NCBI GenBank assembly: GCA_029953675.1
Contig: JAMWBK010000004.1
Coordinates: 1,674,001 to 1,738,000, forward strand
Direction of reading: 5' to 3'
Origin: Rhodosorus marinus CCMP1338
Lineage: Eukaryota; Plantae; Rhodophyta
Length of the DNA stretch: 64,000 nt
Below are positions 26,521 through 38,822 of this stretch, piece after piece. The notes below the pieces were generated by a model. The model ran no database searches. It saw nothing but the letters and a program-made list of their open reading frames with translations, and was not told where the DNA came from. The translations under genes and the position numbers were made by a program. Positions within the stretch are counted from its first letter, which is position 1, and each line of letters begins with the position of its first letter.

Positions 26521-27963
26521 CTAGAAGAGAACTGGCTTCAAACCATCCATGGGGAGACGCGGGTGGCTCAAATCGACCGTGCTCGGAGGTGCAGAATCCG
26601 ACATGTGTCTGTGCTGCTTGTGTCTGATCATATCGCTCCTCTGGAAGTAGCCAGTTCCGCATATATCGCACTTGTACGGTCTCTCCTTGAGATGAACTGA
26701 GCGGATGTGACGCTGCAGCTTATATTTCGTTGAGAAGAAGGTACCGCATACTTCGCATTGACTGTCCCTCTTCTGCTCGTGGACCGATTCTACATGGGTC
26801 TTCAGGTGGGAACTCTGTGAGAACCGCTTATCGCAGACCTTACACACGAACCTCTTCTCCTGAAGATGTACCGTACGAACGTGACGCTCGCGATCATACT
26901 TTCTATCGAAGCTAGCACCACAGAATCCGCACTCCGACTTGGTCTTCGGCTTCGGCTCAGTAGAAGTCTGAGATCCGGACATGCCGGATACTTCGCTGCT
27001 GATGGTCATGCTCAGCATTGCATCATCGACATTGAAATCTGGCAAATTCTCAACCTGAACGCCCGCCTTTCCCACCTGTCCGCTCCCCACCAACGCGACC
27101 TGTCCGGAGGAGGCAACTGCCGTTTCCTCAACCGTAAAGTCTGCCGTCTTCAGCGGGTTGAAGATGGGAAGGTTCTGAAGAACCCTGTCGAAGAGCATTG
27201 TCTTTCTCTGGTCCATCTCCGTCTGCCCGTGAACCAGTTCCAGGGAAAAGTTTCCCCAGGTGGCAATCATCGGGATACATTGGTTCCCCACGTGCTCAAA
27301 TATAACGATCTGCCTCTGGAGCATACTAGCGAGGAAAGTGTTCAAGACGACCTTGAATAGTTCCCACGTGGTGATAGTGGTCATCTTTGGTTTCCGACCC
27401 GTTGTGGACATCTTCTTGAACAGCGCTCCGAATGGAGTCTTCGGAGGGTTAAAGGGTGCAAAGTTGAAGCCTCCCTCTTTCTCCTCCTCGCTCAGCTTTC
27501 TAGACTCGAGGATCGCAGAGTACTTGATCTTATGATTCTCATCCTTATCGACGCAGATGCAGGTCAGCGTGGGAGTCCAGTCGGCCTTCATCGTGCCAAG
27601 TTCAATCTTGTAAATCACCAGCATGTTGTTTTCATACCAGTTGCTCAGAATGATCTCCGCACAGTCTGCATGGATCGAAACCCTGAACCTCTGCTCGAGC
27701 GCGGGCCCGAAACCCAGAAGCACGGGAATAGGAAGCTCTGCACTCATTCGACCGAAAGCATAGTCGTCTGTTTCCTCCGTCAGCATCAGGTAGGCCATTG
27801 GAGACCTACCGCCCATCAGCAACGGGGTAGCACCTCCTCTGTTCTTCGCGTGAATAATAATCGCGTTGTTGTTGGCATTGTCAGCGAGAAAATCATTCTC
27901 ATTCGTCATCAACAGCCAGGACAGGCTCCTGCTGTCCATACCAGCCAGGAAAGCTTCGGCCAT
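26521..27963 (-). CDS. C2H2 zinc-finger transcription factor (4 fingers) with uncharacterised N-terminal domain, intronless, 480 aa
   Basis: Single ORF. Four CxxC...HxxxxH fingers (CGFC, CKVC, CEVC, CDIC) with HLQEKRF/HLKERPY linkers. Confidence 0.93.
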   Translation of the reverse strand: MAEAFLAGMDSRSLSWLLMTNENDFLADNANNNAIIIHAKNRGGATPLLMGGRSPMAYLMLTEETDDYAFGRMSAELPIPVLLGFGPALEQRFRVSIHADCAEIILSNWYENNMLVIYKIELGTMKADWTPTLTCICVDKDENHKIKYSAILESRKLSEEEKEGGFNFAPFNPPKTPFGALFKKMSTTGRKPKMTTITTWELFKVVLNTFLASMLQRQIVIFEHVGNQCIPMIATWGNFSLELVHGQTEMDQRKTMLFDRVLQNLPIFNPLKTADFTVEETAVASSGQVALVGSGQVGKAGVQVENLPDFNVDDAMLSMTISSEVSGMSGSQTSTEPKPKTKSECGFCGASFDRKYDRERHVRTVHLQEKRFVCKVCDKRFSQSSHLKTHVESVHEQKRDSQCEVCGTFFSTKYKLQRHIRSVHLKERPYKCDICGTGYFQRSDMIRHKQHRHMSDSAPPSTVDLSHPRLPMDGLKPVLF

Positions 27964-29736
27964 ATTTCAAATACAGCTCTCCTTTCTCTCGCTCTCTCTC
28001 TCTATCTGTCTCTCTATCGCTCAAATAAGTAACTCAGGAACCCGACCAACCCCAACTCTATCCCGCCTCGCGCTAAGTTCCTCCTCCCCCTTTCCACCTC
28101 CTGTTATACATACAGGTCCACTCGTTCACTCCTCACCTTATCCCCTTTATCCCCTACCCACGCTTGCCCTCCATACTATCCTTCATATATATTTTTCAGA
28201 CAAGAACCAAACCCATCACATCCTCTTACCAATATGCCACAAAACTATCTTCAAGTTCAATTAAAATATCCTTCTCATGATCCCTCCCACTCCCCCCCCC
28301 CACCAACCCATACAAACCCTACTCAATGTCATCCTACCCGTGTGCGTGACTGCTGACATGGTGTCAATAACCAAAAAAAAAAAAAAACCACACAGAACTA
28401 TGAAAACAAAAAACCCAACAAAAAAATGAGAAAGCAAACGAACCAAAAAAAAGAGTTTTCATGATTCCCCTCCTCAAAAAAAATAAAAAATAAAATTGGA
28501 CAAGTAAAAGGGTTTTGTGTCTGTGTTTTTTTTGTTTTTTTGCGGATCGAAAGAGTTGACTCTCTATTCCGATTGGTGTCGTGCCGTACCATTTATTTTA
28601 ATAAAAACAGGGATACTCTATTTTTAGATATTATCAAACCAAAAAAATTAAATTTCATCTTAAGGCAGGGTCTGACGGTTTAAAAAAGTAAGATAATTAC
28701 GATTATTGATATAAGGCTGTCTTCCGTTAAAAAAACTATTTTCGTAGCCGAAAACGAAAAAAACGAAATATCTATTTTTAGATTTCCATTTTTAGGAAAT
28801 TAGAACTACATGGATTATTCCGATATGAAACATAAACCGCCTTGGAGTTTCCAAGGGGATTATGAACGCACCGGATCGCATCGGCTGATGAGAAATTTTG
28901 TAATTATTTCCGTTGATTGAGCTTTTTTCTGGTGGGGATTTACCCCTTGTATTTCTTTAGAATTTCCATCCGGAGGACGGTTCAGAATATGACATGGAAG
29001 ATGATGGGCCCACAAGCATGCTGTGGATTTATTCCTTGATTATTATTTCTATATTTCATTGTACTTAGTCTTAGGAGTCGTGTGAAACCCCCCCCACCAG
29101 CCCTCCAATCGAGAAGGTGTTTTTTATATTGTATGCCATGCTGTAGCTATATAAAATATAGAAATTTCATTACCTCGTGGTATCCATCAGGGCTGATTGG
29201 TCTGACTATAATTTACTTAGAAATCTGATGCGGTGCACGTGGGAAAACGAATTGACAGTGGCAGTATATCTAGGCGAGGAGAGGGGGACCTGGGTTGCAG
29301 GTAGTTGACATATTCTTCTCGGGAAAGATTCTACTGGCAGGATTTAAAGAATTGTTGTGAGCTCGTTGTACAGGTTGCAGGGGGTGTGAAGTAGTCGGAT
29401 TGTATCCGCCATATTTGTTCCTTTTTTGGAGCCCTGCGTAAGCATGTGTTCAATTCGATTCGGCGCTGAGCGGGTGGGAGGTGTCAACGCACGATCAATA
29501 GTTATCTCGTTCTACGTTATCGATGAGGAACTGCAGCGCAGATTAAGTCTCTTGAATATAAACCCCTGATCATTTAAGTCTCCAAGTATTCCTATTCTCC
29601 CGGAACCCTTTTTTTTTTTTTTTCAAGTGTTCTGCAGGGCTTTTTTGAAAGAGCTGATTAGACGTTGGCAGCAATAGAACCTCCCCAGGCGTTGACCGTC
29701 AGCGGCATTCTGCTGAGCTCTTTTGGATAGCCGGAA

Positions 29737-31950
29737 TCAGAACCCCGGCAGTTTTGGAAACCTCGTCAAGTTGTGGGAAACATTGGCCGCTCCTTTTCCA
29801 TTGAGGAGGGTTTCCATGGTAAGCAGTTTATCGTGGCCCCCGACCAGCTTCGGTTTAGCTGATCTCAGCGAGGTCTCCAAAACTGGGCTGAATTCTAGTG
29901 TGAAGTAATCCGTCCAATTGAAATGCGTTTGTGGAACGTTAGTATGGGCTTTGCTGGAGGCTCACAGTGGCGGTGAATCCATGTAGTGTACTAGGAAACA
30001 AGCGCGGACCCATGCAAATATCAGGACTTTCCGTTTCTCCGCCGTCTAAACCTCCATCCCAAAATGGCGCGTAAAAATATTGTCCGGGGCATTGCGTGGG
30101 ACCTTTCGCGGTTTGGGTGCTGCCCATCGCCTCGACGAATATATAGCCGTGACTAGTGAGCGCCAATTTCTCGAATCCTTTGGGAATCGACCTGGGTGAC
30201 AATTTCAGGAAAACCAAGACTCAGACGACGCGTACGAACTATACAGGTACTTCAATCCATCATAATCATAGGTCAAGAAGGGAAAGTCCCTTTCAGGCGG
30301 GAGCTTTCTCGCTGCTTCTTGGAAGCGGACGATGGACTCCTTTCCTAGCACCAGAACCAGAGGCACTCACAACTTGCAGAAGCACCTTGTCCAAGTGCCG
30401 TTTCGAGCATTAGGCTCATGGCGGTCGTGCTTTGTCTTTAGATCCTAGATACGATGAGCGGGTAGTGCGTTTTGGCAAGTAGTTGTCAGAGCATCAATTC
30501 CCTTCCTGCGCGACGTTCCTTTGGAAAACGCATTTGATTAACAAGTCCGCTTGTGAAACTAGGAGCTTGCACAATCTCCACATGTCTTCTGGCTTCGCGT
30601 GACGAACATCTGTCTTCTGAACAATGCCTTGCTCTCAAGTGGAGAATAGGTCCATCGAGTAGAAGAGCAGAGTAGACGATGAGCAGACGGGATTCCGATC
30701 CCACGGCACGTCTCCCAGACCTGAGCTTTGAGGCCTTCTGCCCCAGTTAAGAGCGCAGCCTTGTACTCGACTCAAAGTCGATCAAAGGAGAGAGTGTCCC
30801 ATCCCCTTGGTGAAGAATTTTGCAAATCTCATTCATCCTTGATCCCTTAGGCGAGGTCCGCGATTCTGTCTCGATGCTGTTGTGAAGGGCCTCACAGAGC
30901 ACAAACCCAAACTGTTCTTCTGCGTCCCGTTTCGGCTTGCCCAGAACAGGACATGGCTCGAGAAACATCTCTAGATGACGGTTGACAAAATTCTTGGCGC
31001 TGACTTTCCGCTCTAGAGTAGCGAAGAAACCTTAACTGAACGGACCAGCTGATGAAGCGCCCCCGGAAAGTCAGCAGGATGACCGAAACTCTTTTCCACT
31101 CGACTGTTCTAAAGTGCCTCAATGTTGGAATAATTCCATCGATTCCATATTTCTCGAGCAGTCCAGATGAAGACATTTTCAGAAGCAACGAACATAGACC
31201 CTGTTCGATGAGGCCCCCGCTGTCCTGTGGTCGAACTTTTCTACCCCTGGCTGCACTAAACTCACTGATCGGAGCTTCTAAAGGGATCCAACTACTGTTC
31301 ACAGCCGTGCCATTACACACGCAGCGAGTCGTGAACTAAGGGGACCATACTTCTTGGGCGTGCTCAGAATTCGAAGACCCTAGAGGCGCATCGCAACCAA
31401 AAGCTTTGAGCAGGGGAAAGTTTTTGATCCAAATGCTTCACACCATATGAGGGAGCAGTACCATCGTCATTCCCAACTATCCAAAATAGCCACGACCCAT
31501 CAACCTGCTCTCGCTCGGGTGGAAGAGGGTTCCGCTGGTATTGTTTTACAATGACAATCAGGGTTCGATAAGTTTCGACACGCAGAGACTGCACGGCCTA
31601 GAATCCGCTACGATCTTGTCCTCGACACGTAGTGCAAGGAGACTTGCGCGCTTCTCGCAAAAGTCCCTCTCCCTTATGGCATCAAAACGGAAGAAACTCC
31701 CGATGCAACCCCGATGCACGGAGTTCGAAAACTGCGGTTTCTCCAGTGAAAGTTTGAAGAAAACACTCCCCAGTTGGTTGGGAAACTAAACAAAACGGTG
31801 GAAGGTGTTCGATCAAAATACATCATTTCGTGTTCGTGCAGCTACTCCGTACACATGTCTAACCCCCGTTTCCCCAAAATCTCGGACTTCATATCAGCTG
31901 AGGGCGCTGCAGGCTACTTACGCAAACAAAGCCCTTTCAGCAACAACCAA
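29737..31950 (-). CDS. Probable multi-exon hypothetical gene between the two zinc-finger genes
   Basis: Successive coding-like minus-strand blocks (…YRTLIVIVKQYQRNPLPP…, …GLLEKYGIDGIIPTLRHF…, …RFQEAARKLPPERDFPFL…, …GYIFVEAMG…YFYAPFWDG…, …LTRFPKLPGF*) and a GTAAGT donor near 31860. Full model not resolved. Confidence 0.4.
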
Positions 31951-33731
31951 CGAACACGTATCCAACTCGCAACATCCTTTTCGACACTTCCGAGGATCCG
32001 GCGATGATCTAGAACTAACCGTTATTTCTAAAAAAGGGCTTGTTACTCTCAAATAGATTCGTAATTATCTCATATTCATTATTATTTTGCACAATTATAG
32101 ACCTAGATCAAATTCCACCAAATCAAAGAACAATTGTACTGACAGTTCCGTTGATCAAAATGGCTAGAGAAAACCAGTGAGTTGATTAATCAATCGAAGG
32201 TTTCGACAGATGGACAGTCATGCGTATACAAATCATCAAAAAAGTTTACAACTAAAAAAATAGCTTCAGGACACCTGTCAATTGCAAGTTTCGAGAGACA
32301 TTGACACTCGTTGACTTGAAATTGGTTTTAGCCAGAAACAAAAAAAAAGAGTTTTCCTGAAAAAAGGAAGAACTTTGCAGAATTCGTCGGGGGTAGGAGG
32401 GGGGTAGATCTAGGTCAGATGGTTCACGTCGTCATTTGCATGGCGTGATAGTGCACAAGCACAGTTGAATGATAGTGGTTTGGGAGTACTCAAGACACGA
32501 GAGATGCGGATAGGTTGCACCTGTCACTGGACTGGGCCCGAAAAAAACAAGTTACGAATCTTTTAATTTAATTGTTTTTATTCAACTGTGATATCTTGTT
32601 TTGATGCCCCTGTTTTTTGTGCTTGCCAATTAGGAGCTTTTCTTAGAGACGCATTGCTGTTGGGAGTCAACAGAATCCATGAGAGGATATTCGGGTTTTG
32701 CACCAAAACGTGTATTTCTCTATATAAATTTCGGACGAAACGAAAGAAGAGGAAGGGGGGTGGAGGTAGGGGGGTGGGGTTTTGGGGGGCTCTATTCCTT
32801 ACTTTTCCCCAGGCCTTGCTCGCCGAGATCTCGGCTGCCAAATGCACACCTAGGCGAAAGAAAGGAGAGGGGGTCCTGTCATGATCACCGGATCAAACAA
32901 ATTCCGTATTTTTCTTCCGCTATTCTCTTTTTAGAGTCTATTATCAAGATATGAGAGGGGTTGGTAAAATACGTCCCAACCGAGTTTTGACCAATGTTCC
33001 AGTTTCAACAGAACCTCCACCCCTCCTCCGCCAAGTCTTCCCTAGTACGGACGAAGAAGTGCGCTTTGGGGGTTGCGTTCCTAGCTGGGCTTTCGCTACT
33101 TGACGTGCTCCGTTTTCAATTTTTTATTTCAATTTTCAATCATTTCCAATAGGACAACTGTCCAAACCCTGGTTCGGGCATGCTGGCGGGGCGAACTGGG
33201 CAATGAGTAGTGGAGCAAACTGCTGGTTAAGGAGGTTGCTACTCAATTTTGGCCTTCTTTTTTTTGGTATGTTTTTGAAGGCATGTTCTCGAAGGGTTTT
33301 GTGTTCGTGTTGGAAATGACGGTAAAAGCGCTGAGATTTTGGTGCCTTTTGGACCGGAATTTACCGTCCGGAAACGTTGGTTTTTTCTTTTTGGGGGGGT
33401 GGGCTTCCTGAAGGAGGGATGGATTTTGTGGATTTTTTTTTCTTTTGCGTGACGAGAATAAAAAGTCTGGGAGTTGGGTAGAGCGTGGGAGGGGAACAGG
33501 GCAGACGGGGAAGCGAGGGGAAGGGTATGGTGATGGTGTTCACTAGGTTGGTTTAGGTCTCTTCTCGATTTTGTTGCTGAGGAGCGGAGGAAGAGGGTTG
33601 GGTGAGGGGAGGAGTTGGTTTTCAGCTGCTTGAGAGTCTGCTGTGGGTTTTTGGTTTTGTGCCCGGGGGGGGGGGGGGAGGGTTTGAGGGGGGTTGGATA
33701 GGAGTGAGCTTGCTGAGTAGGGTTTTGAGTT

Positions 33732-35354
33732 ATGGCGAACTTATTCTTATCGGGTCTGGACATTACCAGTAGAAGATGGCTTCTCTTCGAGGAGAAGCAG
33801 TGGGACTCTGTGAACTTTGATGCCCTCGAAACTGCGATTGCAATTTCGCATTCTGAGGTTGAGAAGGGCGATCCGGAGAAGACTGCAAAGGGGAGTTGCA
33901 CCGCAAATCCGCTAATGATTATGGAACGGGAGGTGGAGAATTATGTACTCGGAAGGGCGTTTCTGGAGGACCCGTTGGGTCCGATGCTTGGAATGGGAAA
34001 GCCGATTGAGCAACGGTTTCATCTAAAAATGGGCAGCAAGTCTCCGGAGATACTTCTTGCCTCGATGTACGACAAGGGCTATTACATGTTTAGAAAATTG
34101 ACCATTGAGCTGAGTTCTGAGTGGAAACAGGACGCGTCGGCCATCTTCGTGCATGATAGCGATTTGAATAGGGCGTTGTTCACGGTCCTTATCACAACCT
34201 CGGACACGAAACCGTTGTGCACTTGCCCTGGTTATCCTTGCACGTGTGGAAATCCCTTCCAATCAATGAGTGATCTCGCAAGTTTCTACCAGAGGCTTCG
34301 TTCGCAGAGCGCTCAAAGTCCTTGGTCTTTCTTCTCTAAGCTCATGGCAATCGTTCCAACGTTGAAGACGGAGAAACGAGCACAGGCTTTCAAGATGGTT
34401 GGCATGGAGTCAGTACCGATGTGCAACAGGAGTGTTTATTCACACTTATCTGTTGTTCGCGATAAGTTCGAGATTGAGAATCTGAAGTTCTCGTTCGTTC
34501 AGGACTGCATTGAGAAGATAGCAACTCCAAGCGCTGGCCTTCCTATATTCGGCGCGGTTGATGAGCTGAACGGCTTGGATTTGGACTTTGGTCTCGAAGA
34601 GGAAGCTGCGCTTGACTTTGTAGACTCGAACAGAGGCAAGCTCCTTGACGATATGAACGTGAAGAAACTTCCCGCGTTGCAGTACAACAGGGACTCGGAA
34701 CTTTCGAGCTATTCAGCAGGATCCATTGGACTAGCAGATTCCAACGAAACAGCGTTGGTGAATCCGTCCTTTGAATCGGAGAGTCCTATTGATGTAGACT
34801 TAACAACGTTCGGTCCCGCAGCGGCTGGTATTGTTGAAGAGCCCGGTGATGGCGCTAGAGCCTGCATTGTTGGTAGTCCGGTAGATGATGACGCAGACCA
34901 CACAGCTTCTGAAGAAGCTCGACCGACGTGCCCGCACTGTGGTGCGACCTTCAAGAGGAAGTATGAGATGCAGCGACATGTCAAGAGTATTCACTTGAAG
35001 GAGAAGAGGCACACCTGCACTGTTTGTGATAAGGGTTTCTTCCAGCGATCTCATCTCACGGTCCACATGAGAACTGTACATGAAAGGAAGAAGGACGATG
35101 TGTGCACAATTTGCGGTAGATCGTTTGCAACAAAGTACAAGGTCGACAGGCACGTTCGAGCTGTACACAACAAGGAGCGAACTTTCAAGTGTGTTCATTG
35201 CGGAAGCACGTACTACCAGAGCAGCGACCTTAAGCGGCACGTGAGATTGCAGCATCCAAGTGAATATTCAGAGGGAGCCACTTCTCACAGCTCCGAGTTG
35301 TCATTGGAGGGCGCCTTGTCTCCGATAAGACCGGACGAGGCTCCCGTTATGTAG
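33732..35354 (+). CDS. C2H2 zinc-finger transcription factor (4 fingers), paralog of 26521-27963, intronless, 540 aa
   Basis: Single ORF. Fingers CPHC, CTVC, CTIC and CVHC. The N-terminal region aligns with that of the other zinc-finger protein. Confidence 0.93.
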   Translation: MANLFLSGLDITSRRWLLFEEKQWDSVNFDALETAIAISHSEVEKGDPEKTAKGSCTANPLMIMEREVENYVLGRAFLEDPLGPMLGMGKPIEQRFHLKMGSKSPEILLASMYDKGYYMFRKLTIELSSEWKQDASAIFVHDSDLNRALFTVLITTSDTKPLCTCPGYPCTCGNPFQSMSDLASFYQRLRSQSAQSPWSFFSKLMAIVPTLKTEKRAQAFKMVGMESVPMCNRSVYSHLSVVRDKFEIENLKFSFVQDCIEKIATPSAGLPIFGAVDELNGLDLDFGLEEEAALDFVDSNRGKLLDDMNVKKLPALQYNRDSELSSYSAGSIGLADSNETALVNPSFESESPIDVDLTTFGPAAAGIVEEPGDGARACIVGSPVDDDADHTASEEARPTCPHCGATFKRKYEMQRHVKSIHLKEKRHTCTVCDKGFFQRSHLTVHMRTVHERKKDDVCTICGRSFATKYKVDRHVRAVHNKERTFKCVHCGSTYYQSSDLKRHVRLQHPSEYSEGATSHSSELSLEGALSPIRPDEAPVM

Positions 35355-35601
35355 ATAATTATTTTCACCAGTTGCTTTCCTCATGATTTAAGATAAACAA
35401 GATCGTTTTACAATGAATTATTACGCTACTCACACGGTAGTTCCGCACGTTCATTCAACAGTCCGAGTGCGATGCAAGTCATAAGTTATTCCGAGTACAT
35501 TTACTGGTGTGCGAAGTTAGTTTATGAGCGGTCAAATTGGCTCGCGCGTAATAGAGGTCAATAGCCCGTATAGAGATACGGGATGAGACTCCAACAGGCA
35601 C

Positions 35602-36600
35602 TTACTCAACCTCAGATGGCTTGTTGGCGGCTTTGGAAACGAGCCGAGCTCGGGTAGCGAGGGATTCCATGCGACTGAGGAGGCTCTCCAAGTCCTCGTT
35701 CTCTTCGTGGAGCTCTTCCTCGTTCGCTTTTAGTTGGTCGATAACATCTGACTCTAGTTGGTCCTTGATAGTAGCACTCCTCACGCTGCCGAGCGGCCGA
35801 CTTTGCTTAATAATTGGCCTCCCAGAGCCGTCGCACTGGCGGTTACTCAGCGCCCTCAGCATGTTTGTTTCAGCGTTTTTCTTGTGCTCCATCGCTTTTG
35901 CATCTTGATAGATTTGTTTTTCCTTTTGAATCAACTGCGCTCGAGATACCCTCAGCTCTGTCGCATCTGACCGTAATTGCTCAAGAGTTGCCTCGTTCGT
36001 TGCTCTCATCTCCGCGAGCTGCTTTTCCAGTGCAGCAGCCTTAGCATCCGCATTTCTATGATCCCTTTCGAGGTTCTCCAGAGTCCTCTTACTGTGGGAG
36101 ACTTCCTGCTCAAGTCTCTTCGATTGACCTAGCGACTGCTCCAAAACCACTTCGGATCTTCTTACAGAGCTGATCGATGACCGTAGTACCTGCAAACTCG
36201 CTTGCAGTGATTCGTCGGCTTTGCCCTGATTGTGCAGAGGTAGTGCAGAATCAGCTAAGCAACCGACAGCACCCTCCGACATCAGACTGAATTGTGCCAC
36301 CTGCAGACCCAACTTACCCACGAAAGTTTGGTTTTAAAGTTCGCTGACTCAAGAAGCATGTTAACTCGCTCCAGGATCTCCGCGTCTACTGAAACTCTCA
36401 ACTTTTGCTTCGAGTCTCTCTTGGACAGAGATTCGAAGAGCCTCTCAATATCTTCGAATCCATCCTTTTGATGTTGTTTGTAGCCGAACATCGCTGATCA
36501 ACAGTATTCACGAGTCGGAGATTCCAATCCACCGGGACAAAAGGAGGTAGATACCACAGCAAGCTCTCGTTCAGCCCCTGAAGATTTTCTCCTGGTTCAC
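35602..36600 (-). CDS. Coiled-coil protein of unknown function; 5' end uncertain
   Basis: Long heptad-rich ORF 35602-36321 (LEQSLGQSKRLEQEV…LEKQLAEMRATNE…) plus an upstream exon DGFEDIERLFESLSKRDSKQKL. Confidence 0.65.
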
Positions 36601-37635
36601 CGCATGGCACCCTTGCGAATGATTGTCCTCGATGCCTCTTACTTCAAGACCAAACTCCTTTCAAAAAACGACTGCACAAGCAACGCTTCCGTTAAAAGAT
36701 TAGCACATTCGTATCCACTCATCCAGCAATACTCTGAATCACTCTAAGCCCTCTCACAAGGGGGTAGGATGACATCGATTCAGCCACCGCGAACCACACT
36801 TCCCAGCTTCCCTGTGAAAATCAAAATTCAAAAAAGGATGCAACGGCCATAACGGTTTTCAAAACAGGGACAATTGTCAATTATATGTTGGACTTACAGT
36901 AATTTAAGGATATTTAATTGGCTAACATAAATATAGTTGACCAATTATTTAATCTTTCTCTTTTCAACAGACTCCAGGGCGTTCTTGATTGATCTACTCT
37001 CAGTGCTTAGAACGGACGGGATTGGTTCCGGTTTTTGGGACATGGGAGGTTGCTTCCTGAGATAGGAAGAGCGACTAGCTCTAATCTGCTCTTGTACATG
37101 AGGCCATTGTTAAGACATGTTTCAAGCCTTCTGGCACAGGTTCTGGCAAGATATGAACACAGTCTGCAGCACCCTGTCTCCATCCCGATTCTTTTGTTTG
37201 CACTCATTTGTGTGCATTAAGCAACTTTTCTACATGAAGTGATACTAATCCCGCCTCCTGACAGAAACGCGAAAATTCATTTTCACTGGTGCACCGGGAT
37301 GTAAAACAAGTGCCAAATCCAGTGCAGAGCGAGAAAGGTCCTCCTTTACTGAGGGGGACTTCCTCGCAGGTCACCGTCAATTGGAAGTCGACAGTGAGTC
37401 CAGGAAGCCGGCTTTTGCGATTTGCCCAACTCAGTAAATTTAATCGCTAGTTGTGCGAATCTTGTGCTCCAAGAGCTTTCGCTTTGTATACGGAAAACTA
37501 CTAAAACAAAAGCTGCTACTTTTTTTGGTGCCGACAAATCGACCAAACGCGAGCACAAAGCTAACAGGCCAAACGGAAAATGAGACGTTCAGAACTAAAT
37601 GCTGTTACATGCTTCTAGAAGCGATCGGAAGTCCT

Positions 37636-38822
37636 CTATTCAGTACGGAGCTTCTCTGAATCAAAACGCGAAAGCAAATCCCATTTGGGATTCATGATGA
37701 AGTCCCACAACAGCATTGTATAGGACGGATGAGCGAACAGGGTGTCATAGTATTCGGGCGCTAATTTCTTCAGCAGAGGTAGCCTTGAAACAAGAGGAAA
37801 CGTAAACAACATCTTAGTCCGGATCGTCTCAGTAGGATCGTAGTCCCACTTTCGCAGCGCTTACTTGTGCCACGGGATTGACGGGAAATCGTGATGCTCG
37901 TTGTGGAAACCAATATTGAACGAAACTCGGTTACCGCCTCCGTAATACGAATACGTTGACTGAAATGGTTGGGTAGGGTAGTGCTCTGCGATCCACCTTG
38001 CTCCCAGCGGGTGCAGTCCAACAGAGAAGACACTCGAGATCAAAAGAAAAAACAGGTACTTCAACCCGAAAACATGGTATAGACCAAACGCGAAGCCTAG
38101 ATTCGTCACCCAGTTGACAATAACCCACTTGAGCTCCTTTCCTACCGGTACTTTATGAGTGTAGAAAAGCATGCGAACCTAGCCCGTGACAAGAATTGTA
38201 AGCTGTGAGCTACTGTGTGCTTAAGGTCATTCGAAGTCGGTTTTCACGAGGATCAACCTACCGACTGGAAAATCGCGAAGTTCGCAAGCCAGAAAGCTTT
38301 CCGGAAGCTGCTGTTGCCAACCCATTTCGCCTCCCAATCCATTGGCACATCCGGATCCTTGTCGGGTAAATTAAGTTCAATATGATGCTGGATATGGTAG
38401 AACCGAAACAGGATTGCGGATGGAAAGACATGGGGCAAATTTGCGACCAAAAGTGAAATCCGGTTCCAGAACGTGCTCTTGAACACCAAATTGTGAGTCG
38501 CGTCATGAATCAAAACATAGAGCGCATGATCACAAACAGCACCAACTGTGTATGCCATCAGGAATACTACCAATCCGTTCGAATTCTTCACAAACGTCCC
38601 CGCAAAGAGCTGCAACAAGACGACCCCGACAATGTAAAAAAAACTCGTTGGATGGTATCCCATGAACTTGGAAATATCCGGATATCGCCCCAGAATCTCC
38701 TTCCTCCGAATACCATGAGGGTGAGTCCTCTTCTGAATATCCTCTCTCTTCACCTCCTCCTGCTCCGTCGAGAGGGTCTCCACCCCCTGCTTATTCCACG
38801 TACTCATTGCGGCCGACGCCAT
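37636..38822 (-). CDS. DES1: Sphingolipid delta-4 desaturase/C4-hydroxylase (DES1/DEGS family), 3 exons
   Basis: N-terminal HPHGIRRKEIL; His boxes HDATHN, HIQHH and HNEHHDFP; LHPLGARWIAEH. The last exon LPLLKKLAPEYYDTL is joined by a GTAAGC...AAG intron. Confidence 0.94.

Noticed and set aside
33239-33731. Pro/Lys-rich ORFs in G/T-rich leaders (also 3762-4178, 12713-13131, 27866-28264, 52067-52336)
   Set aside because: These are translation artefacts of low-complexity or microsatellite sequence, often antisense to real genes.
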